From the IMG/VR virus record IMGVR_UViG_2834277561_000001, positions 186,688 through 201,430 of that record: 14,743 bases of DNA; one strand, given 5' to 3'. Made by a program: the position numbers and the translations under genes. The first letter of the stretch is position 1. Each line of letters opens with the position of its first letter. This stretch comes from a virus. Taxonomy: Duplodnaviria; Heunggongvirae; Uroviricota; Caudoviricetes. Below the pieces are notes generated by a model. It was not told the DNA's origin. It made no database searches and saw nothing but the letters and a program-made list of their open reading frames with translations. This document shows positions 7,231 through 13,003 of the stretch, piece after piece.

Positions 7231-7800
7231 GTGATTATTATACATACAGTATATTGTGTATTAGGAAGAACATCTTCGGGTAAATCAACCATTACCCAAA
7301 AAGCAGCGAACAATCTGAATATGAAAGTCTTAAAATCATATACTACTCGGCAAAGGAGAGAGAATGAAACAGATGAGAATTGTGATCATATATTTATCTC
7401 TTCCAATGAAGTAGAAAAATATCGTAATGATATGATTGCTTATACGGAACGTGTAGGTTATTGCAGCTTTGCAACGAAACAACAACTCTTGGATAATGAT
7501 TTCTACATTATCAATCCCTCTGGATATTTTGAATTAAAGCTGAAAACTAAGAACATGGATGTTGAACTTATTCCAATATATATCACGGTACCTTACCGAA
7601 CATTAGAGAAACGTGCACGAAATCGTGGTGAATTTAATACATGGAGAGAGAATTATATCAAAGAGAGCGAAGAATTTACGGATTTTGAAAAATCAAATCT
7701 TATCGATTATCGAATCTTAAATGATGGAGATTTGGAATTTTCTGTGAATAAACTCATCAATATAATTCGAAAGGATAAACAAATAGATGAAAAGAAATGA
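7231..7800 (+). CDS. gmk: Guanylate kinase-like nucleoside monophosphate kinase
   Basis: P-loop GRTSSGKST, SYTTR..R..E, H.FIS and Y-G-Y-like GYC. The exact start codon is uncertain. Confidence 0.85.
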   Translation: MIIIHTVYCVLGRTSSGKSTITQKAANNLNMKVLKSYTTRQRRENETDENCDHIFISSNEVEKYRNDMIAYTERVGYCSFATKQQLLDNDFYIINPSGYFELKLKTKNMDVELIPIYITVPYRTLEKRARNRGEFNTWRENYIKESEEFTDFEKSNLIDYRILNDGDLEFSVNKLINIIRKDKQIDEKK

Positions 7801-8350
7801 TATTAAAACGATTTATTGTGACCTGGACGGAGTTGTTTTTGATACGATTGCTGCAATCGTAAACCTATATAACGAAGACTATAAATATTATAAAGATTAC
7901 AAACTGGTACATTGGTACGATATCGAATCATGGAATTTTGAAGAATGCATATGTGCTACATATACTGATATTAATAATTATTTCAATCAGCCACGATTTT
8001 TCGATGAACTGGAATATATGCCATTTGCAGATGTTGTAATTCCAAAACTTGCAGAACATTACAAAATTGTTTTTGTGAGCCACGGACAACAGCCAAACCT
8101 GGTGCAGAAAAAGGAATTACTCAGAGGTATCTTCCCGTTCGCAAAATTCATCGGAGTTAATTGGAATGAATATAAAGATAAATCCCATATCGATATGAGT
8201 GATGGTATCTTTATCGATGATTCAGCGAAAAATCTGATTACTTCTAATGCAGAAGAATGTATCTGCTTTGGCGACGAATATGAATGGAATGAAAAATGGA
8301 ATGGTAAACGTATCTCAAATTGGTGCGATTTGGAGAAATATCTATTATAG
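7787..8350 (+). CDS. HAD-family 5'(3')-deoxyribonucleotidase (NT5C-like)
   Basis: HAD motif I IYCDLDGVVFD, motif II FVSH, motif IV IFIDDS..NL, and FF..L..MP.A segment typical of 5'(3')-dNTs. Confidence 0.85.
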   Translation: MKRNDIKTIYCDLDGVVFDTIAAIVNLYNEDYKYYKDYKLVHWYDIESWNFEECICATYTDINNYFNQPRFFDELEYMPFADVVIPKLAEHYKIVFVSHGQQPNLVQKKELLRGIFPFAKFIGVNWNEYKDKSHIDMSDGIFIDDSAKNLITSNAEECICFGDEYEWNEKWNGKRISNWCDLEKYLL

Positions 8351-8370
8351 GAAGGAAGAATTTTTAAAAC

Positions 8371-8559
8371 GTGATTTCAACAAGTGGAGAGTTGATGAGG
8401 ACATTAAATCGTATTGGGGACGATTTTATTACAGTTGAGTTATTCGGGCAAGAGTATGTTATCGACTGTGTTGCACATAGAAAAAATTACACGGATAGTC
8501 CGTGTTCACATATAACACTAAAATGTCGCAGCGGAGGAGAGGGTGAAATTAAGAGATGA
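8371..8559 (+). CDS. Hypothetical protein (62 aa)
   Basis: GTG-start ORF that fills the operon gap and is coupled to the next ORF by an ATGA overlap. The RBS is somewhat distant. Confidence 0.65.
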   Translation: MISTSGELMRTLNRIGDDFITVELFGQEYVIDCVAHRKNYTDSPCSHITLKCRSGGEGEIKR

Positions 8560-8723
8560 CTGAGTTAAAAGCGGTAGAAATTTTTACAAATGACGAGAAA
8601 AAACTTCTTATAGAAGCAATTTGTGATAAGCAAATTAGAAAAATTGTCAAAGATCCGGACGCATATAATAGCCAGAAATACATGGAATTAGAGGCGTTGA
8701 AAATAAAAATTAAAGACATGTAA
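8556..8723 (+). CDS. Hypothetical protein (55 aa; below the ORF-track cutoff)
   Basis: MTELKAVEIFTNDEKKLLIEAICDKQIRKIVKDPDAYNSQKYMELEALKIKIKDM*. RBS GAGGGTGA, and ATGA overlap with the upstream stop. Confidence 0.75.
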   Translation: MTELKAVEIFTNDEKKLLIEAICDKQIRKIVKDPDAYNSQKYMELEALKIKIKDM

Positions 8724-8752
8724 TGGAGAATTATATATTGGAGGTAATTTAT

Positions 8753-8920
8753 ATGGATGTGTTGATTGGATTCGTGGGCGGTATCTTAATCGGATCAATT
8801 ATCGGAATTTTTATCGCTGGGTTATTATTTTCGGCAGAAGATAAAGATAAAGATGACGAAGAACAAGAGAAATGGATTCGGGAATATAATTCTAGGAGGA
8901 AAAAGAATGAATGTAAATGA
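8753..8920 (+). CDS. Small single-pass membrane protein (55 aa)
   Basis: GGAGGT at 8740-8745 supports ATG 8753. Hydrophobic Gly-repeat helix VLIGFVGGILIGSIIGIFIAGLLF followed by a highly charged tail. Confidence 0.75.
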   Translation: MDVLIGFVGGILIGSIIGIFIAGLLFSAEDKDKDDEEQEKWIREYNSRRKKNECK

Positions 8921-11186
8921 ATGGTTAAATGAAAATACTCTAGGAATTGATATTTGGAGAAACAAATATCAGTATAACAATGAATCTTTTGATGAGTGGA
9001 TTCAAAGGGTTTCTGGCGGTAATAAAGACATTGCAAAATTAATTAAAGAAAAAAAATTTCTATTCGGAGGAAGAATTCTTGCCAATAGAGGACTTGAAAA
9101 TGAAGGCAGAAAGATTAGCTTGTCTAATTGTTATGTAATTGCACCTCCGGAAGATAATATTGAGAGTATTTTTGATTGTGCAAAAAAATTAGCACGTACA
9201 TATAGTTACGGTGGCGGATGCGGCGTAGATATTAGCAAACTCTCTCCAAGAGGGGCGAAAGTAAATAATGCCGCTAAAGAAACATCTGGCTCTGTTTCGT
9301 TTATGGATTTGTACTCAATGGTAACAGGTTTGATCGGACAAGCCGGAAGGCGTGGGGCATTAATGCTTAGTATTTCATGTGAACATCCAGACCTTGAAGA
9401 ATTTATAGAAATTAAATCAGATCTTAATCGTATAACTAAAGCCAATATTTCAATTCGAATTACTGATAAGTTTATGGCAGCCGTAAAAAACAAACAGCCA
9501 TTTGAATTATCTTTTACAAGACTTGAAACCGGAGAAACAATCACAAAAACGATTGATGCATATTCTATGTTTCATAAAATGTGTGAAATGAACTGGGACT
9601 ACGCAGAACCAGGAATGCTTTTCTGGGATAGAATTAATAATTGGAATTTACTCAGTTGTGACGATGATTTTGAATATGCAGGAACAAATCCTTGTGCAGA
9701 AGAACCTCTTCCAGCCGGAGGATCATGCTTACTTGGTAGTATTAACTTATCTGAATTTGTTAAAGAAGATAAGCAGTTTGATTTTGAATCATTCAAGGAC
9801 TGTGTAGATAAATCCGTAATTGCTTTAAACGAAGTATTAGACGAAGGATTACCACTTCATCCATTAAAAGAACAAAGGGAATCTGTTTATAATTGGAGAC
9901 AGATTGGGTTAGGCATTTTTGGACTTGCTGATATGTTAATTAAAATAGGAATTACATATGGAAGTAACGAATCTATAGAATTATGTGACCTTATTGGTCA
10001 CGTAATGGCAGATCAAGCAATTAAAACATCAGCATTACTCGCAAAAAAAGAATCCCCATATCCAATGTATAAACCAGAATGCATTGAACAGTCTGCATTT
10101 TATAGTAAAAATGCATTGGGAGAAACCAAAACTCTCGTTGAATCTTTTGGATTACGAAATTCTCAACTTTTAACAATTGCACCAACTGGAAGTTTATCTA
10201 CAATGCTTGGAGTTTCCGGAGGGATTGAACCAGTTTTTGCAAATTATTACACAAGGAAGACAGAATCCCTTAAAGGGCATGATGAATATTATAAGGTTTA
10301 TACTCCAATTGTAGAAGAGTATATGACAAAAAATAATATTTCTGATGATACAGAATTACCAGAATTCTTTATTACAGCACAAAATTTGAATTACCATAAT
10401 AGAATTTCTATGCAAGGCATTTGGCAATCACATATTGATGCTTCAATTAGTTCTACTGTAAATCTTCCAGAATCAGCAACGATTGCCGATGTTGAAAATT
10501 TATATATGGAAGCATGGGAAAATGGATTAAAAGGTGTCACCATTTTTAGAGACGGATGTAAGAGACTCGGCATTTTAACCACAAATGACAAAAAAGAAAA
10601 AGTAGAAGAAAAGTCTTCTAATAACAAAATCAGTGAATCTGATTTGCCACGCGGATATATCATTACGGCAGATGATAACGTAGTTGGATTAAAACGTAAA
10701 ATCATGTCTGGATGTGGAAGTTTACATGTTGTTGCAATGTTTGACCCTGTATCTGGGGAGTTACTTGAAACGTATCTTTCTAAAGGATCAACAGGAGGAT
10801 GTCAGTCAAATCTTGCTGCCGTTTCACGTCTTATCTCGCTTGCCGCACGAGCTGGAGTTGATGTGTACACCATTGCTGATCAGCTCCAAAGTTGTACTGC
10901 GTGTCCTTCATATGTTGGAAGAACCATGACAAAACACGATACAAGTAGAGGTAAATGTTGCCCGGACGCTGTTGCTAATGCATTAATTGACATGTACAGA
11001 GAAATGCAAAAAAACATCAATGATGAAGAAGATATTACTACTCAGGCAAAAAAAATGACACATAAAACCAGTTCTAATAAGAAAAACATTAAAACTAAAA
11101 ATCCATGTCCTGTATGTGGAGAAGAGCTGATTTTTGAAGGTGGTTGTAATGTTTGCAAATCATGCGGTTGGAGCAAGTGTGACTGA
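8907..11186 (+). CDS. nrdJ: Class II (adenosylcobalamin-dependent) ribonucleotide reductase with C-terminal TSCPD-like and Zn-ribbon region
   Basis: GGRIL, SNCYV, GGG.G, GRRGALM, ANISI, TNPCAEEP (catalytic), GSCLLGSINL, RQIGLG..G, TIAPTGS.S, SGGIEP, ISSTVNLP and KGVT.FRDG motifs, ending in CPVCG...CNVCKSCG. No beta (ferritin-like) subunit gene is nearby and there is no ATP cone. Start moved to ATG 8907 (AGGAGG RBS). Confidence 0.92.
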   Translation: MNVNEWLNENTLGIDIWRNKYQYNNESFDEWIQRVSGGNKDIAKLIKEKKFLFGGRILANRGLENEGRKISLSNCYVIAPPEDNIESIFDCAKKLARTYSYGGGCGVDISKLSPRGAKVNNAAKETSGSVSFMDLYSMVTGLIGQAGRRGALMLSISCEHPDLEEFIEIKSDLNRITKANISIRITDKFMAAVKNKQPFELSFTRLETGETITKTIDAYSMFHKMCEMNWDYAEPGMLFWDRINNWNLLSCDDDFEYAGTNPCAEEPLPAGGSCLLGSINLSEFVKEDKQFDFESFKDCVDKSVIALNEVLDEGLPLHPLKEQRESVYNWRQIGLGIFGLADMLIKIGITYGSNESIELCDLIGHVMADQAIKTSALLAKKESPYPMYKPECIEQSAFYSKNALGETKTLVESFGLRNSQLLTIAPTGSLSTMLGVSGGIEPVFANYYTRKTESLKGHDEYYKVYTPIVEEYMTKNNISDDTELPEFFITAQNLNYHNRISMQGIWQSHIDASISSTVNLPESATIADVENLYMEAWENGLKGVTIFRDGCKRLGILTTNDKKEKVEEKSSNNKISESDLPRGYIITADDNVVGLKRKIMSGCGSLHVVAMFDPVSGELLETYLSKGSTGGCQSNLAAVSRLISLAARAGVDVYTIADQLQSCTACPSYVGRTMTKHDTSRGKCCPDAVANALIDMYREMQKNINDEEDITTQAKKMTHKTSSNKKNIKTKNPCPVCGEELIFEGGCNVCKSCGWSKCD

Positions 11187-11201
11187 TTGTAATTAATGAA
11201 A

Positions 11202-11228
11202 ACGGAGAGTTATTCTTTAGCTCTCCGT
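11202..11228. other. 11-bp stem-loop directly after nrdJ (ACGGAGAGTTA-TTCTT-TAGCTCTCCGT)
   Basis: Read directly; the stem has one G-U pair. It lacks a + strand U-tract, so its role as a terminator is uncertain. Confidence 0.55.
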
Positions 11229-11250
11229 AATTAAAAGGAGCGAATAAAAT

Positions 11251-11574
11251 ATGAAAAATTTATCACCTAAAACTTATATTGGCAATGAAAATATGTCCGT
11301 AAAAGCATATACGAAAGCCGGATTTTACTCAAAATCCAATACATATGACATGTCATTTTACCTCTATAAAGATATTGTAAAAGCCTCAATTTCAATCGAC
11401 AAAGAAGATTTCGAAATGTCCGTAGATGTCACGCACAATGATAATATGTTCGCTCCATTTTATAATCCAGATGATCGTCATAATAACATGGTTTATGAGA
11501 AATCCGTAAAAGAATATAACAGACAAATGGATGCATTGGTCAAAAAAGGAGTGCTTATTTGTGAAAGTGATTAA
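11251..11574 (+). CDS. Hypothetical protein (107 aa)
   Basis: AAAGGAG RBS, ATG start and an open frame. Confidence 0.8.
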   Translation: MKNLSPKTYIGNENMSVKAYTKAGFYSKSNTYDMSFYLYKDIVKASISIDKEDFEMSVDVTHNDNMFAPFYNPDDRHNNMVYEKSVKEYNRQMDALVKKGVLICESD

Positions 11575-11830
11575 CCGTGGAGATAAGCTTTTCTGGGCGC
11601 GAATTGTACCCTGTTGTGGAATCTATGAAGTCCATGATTTGCATGTCAGAACAGTCGGAAAAGACTATTATGTCGGCGTAGATAAACACGATAAACATAC
11701 ATATTTACTAGGATTCAATACACTTGATGACGTTGTTTTCGAAGACAGAAAACAAGCTTTGAGCAAAGTTCATGCCGCTGAAAAGAATAAAATTGAGGTG
11801 GATTCCGATACATATTATGAAGAATATTGA
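11561..11830 (+). CDS. Hypothetical protein (89 aa)
   Basis: AAAGGAG at 11545-11551 supports GTG 11561. It overlaps the upstream gene's stop. Confidence 0.75.
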   Translation: MKVINRGDKLFWARIVPCCGIYEVHDLHVRTVGKDYYVGVDKHDKHTYLLGFNTLDDVVFEDRKQALSKVHAAEKNKIEVDSDTYYEEY

Positions 11831-11841
11831 GGGTGTTTATT

Positions 11842-11976
11842 ATGAATAGATTACACATTATTATGGCATGGATTGTATGTGGCGCGGTTGCAATTTGTGG
11901 GTTATATACGAATAATCTTGAAGCTGTCGCGATGTTGGCACTACCATTCATTATGTATATGACCCGCGTTAGATAG
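11842..11976 (+). CDS. Small two-helix membrane protein (44 aa; not in the ORF track)
   Basis: MNRLHIIMAWIVCGAVAICGLYTNNLEAVAMLALPFIMYMTRVR*. RBS GAGGGTG, and it exactly fills the gap between its neighbours. Confidence 0.7.
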   Translation: MNRLHIIMAWIVCGAVAICGLYTNNLEAVAMLALPFIMYMTRVR

Positions 11977-11988
11977 GAGGATAATTTA

Positions 11989-12216
11989 ATGGAAGTAGAT
12001 TATAAGTTAGCCGTTAAAAATGGTATAGATTCTTTGATGAAAGGATTCGATGACACGGCTAATGACATATTACAAAAACATGGAATTTCTGAAGACATAG
12101 ACACCTTTCTTAAAGATGCGAATGAGGCGGAATTAATCTGGTTTTGGAGCCATATTATACCTATTCGTAGTGATAAAGAGGGGAATTATTATATTGGAAA
12201 TTATGAATATCAATAG
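11989..12216 (+). CDS. Hypothetical acidic protein (75 aa)
   Basis: AGGAGG RBS, ATG start and an open frame. Confidence 0.78.
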   Translation: MEVDYKLAVKNGIDSLMKGFDDTANDILQKHGISEDIDTFLKDANEAELIWFWSHIIPIRSDKEGNYYIGNYEYQ

Positions 12217-12268
12217 AAGCAAAATAGGAAATCATAGACTTATTAATAGTATCGAGGAGAATTGAATT

Positions 12269-12784
12269 ATGGCAAAAAGAGTAGCAAAATTTGAAAAAGT
12301 ATCAAAGGAACAGTTTGTTAAAGATTGGCAGCATGAATTTATGGGATCAGAAGAGTGGGCAGGGATGGTATATGATCGCATCAAATTACCACAGAGGGCA
12401 ACAAAATTTTCTGCCGGATATGATTTCTTTTCACCACTTGATTTCACATTAGAACCAGGCAAGACAATCAAAATTCCAACAGGAATCCGTTGTGGAATGA
12501 ATATAGACTGGGTATTGCAATGCTATCCTCGCAGTGGGTTAGGATTTAAGTATAGAGAAATGCTTTCCAATACGGTCGGAATCATTGATGCCGATTATTA
12601 CTACAGTGATAATGAGGGGCATATTTTTGCAAAGATTGTGAATGCAGGTGATAAACCACTACATATTAAATCTGGAGATGGTTTTATACAAGGGATTTTT
12701 TTGGAATACGGAATTGTAGAGGATGACCATGTAGAAACGACTAGAAATGGTGGAGTTGGAAGTACGGATAAAAACAAAGGGTGA
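12269..12784 (+). CDS. dut: Trimeric dUTP diphosphatase
   Basis: Motifs SAGYD, IPTG, PRSG, GIIDADY...EGHI, QGIF and RNGGVGST. GAGGAG RBS. Confidence 0.93.
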   Translation: MAKRVAKFEKVSKEQFVKDWQHEFMGSEEWAGMVYDRIKLPQRATKFSAGYDFFSPLDFTLEPGKTIKIPTGIRCGMNIDWVLQCYPRSGLGFKYREMLSNTVGIIDADYYYSDNEGHIFAKIVNAGDKPLHIKSGDGFIQGIFLEYGIVEDDHVETTRNGGVGSTDKNKG

Positions 12785-12927
12785 TAAATATCGAAGTAAA
12801 AGATATAGATTCCATTCTCAGCAATGAGAAAGGAGCAATGATTATTATTAGTATATTATATGAAAAAGGGATTATAAATAGTAAAACATATGATAATATT
12901 ATGAAAAAATATACTAACAATACATAA
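12781..12927 (+). CDS. Small SHOCT-like protein upstream of the recombinase (up to 48 aa; start uncertain)
   Basis: Open frame from GTG 12781 (GTGA overlap with the dut stop) to TAA 12927: MINIEVKDIDSILSNEKGAMIIISILYEKGIINSKTYDNIMKKYTNNT*. LYEKGII...Y..I resembles the SHOCT pattern. Confidence 0.55.
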   Translation: MINIEVKDIDSILSNEKGAMIIISILYEKGIINSKTYDNIMKKYTNNT

Positions 12928-12934
12928 AATACAA

Positions 12935-12963
12935 TTGAAAATAAGGCTTATTTTATATATAAT
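12935..12963 (+). promoter_or_regulatory. Sigma-A (sigma70-type) promoter of the recombinase: TTGAAA-N17-TATAAT
   Basis: -35 at 12935-12940 (5/6 match), 17-nt spacer, perfect -10 at 12958-12963, and AAGGAG RBS at 12991-12996. Confidence 0.8.
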
Positions 12964-12987
12964 CATATATAAAATAGGCTTTATTTT
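12938..12987. repeat. 23-bp imperfect inverted repeat with a 4-nt centre (AATC), overlapping the recombinase promoter
   Basis: AAAATAAGGCTTATTTTATATAT (12938-12960) pairs with ATATATAAAATAGGCTTTATTTT (12965-12987) at 21 of 23 positions. Both mismatches are G-T. Confidence 0.8.
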
Positions 12988-13003
12988 TGAAAGGAGATAA
13001 CAC

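Noticed and set aside
7244-7259. Single NrdR-box-like 16-mer ATACAGTATATTGTGT at the start of gmk
   Set aside because: It has a mismatch at a conserved A, has no partner 31-32 bp away, and lies in coding sequence (HTVYC). It could be a weak auxiliary site but is not supportable on its own.
8728-8743. NrdR-like GAATTATATATTGGAG upstream of the gene preceding nrdJ
   Set aside because: It lacks the conserved C and the GTG end, has no tandem partner, and overlaps an RBS in AT-rich DNA, so chance is likely.
2115-8906. Longer upstream starts given in the ORF track (2115, 4142, 4392, 4615, 6782, 8723, 8853; also 11531)
   Set aside because: Each lacks an RBS, whereas a downstream in-frame start has a well-spaced AGGAG/GGAGG-type site and avoids long overlaps.
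2133-11186. Inteins, group I introns or homing endonucleases in ligA, thyA or nrdJ, which are common insertion hot spots
   Set aside because: All three ORFs are continuous and of ordinary length. I saw no intein splice motifs (C/S...HN) and no LAGLIDADG, HNH or GIY-YIG ORFs.
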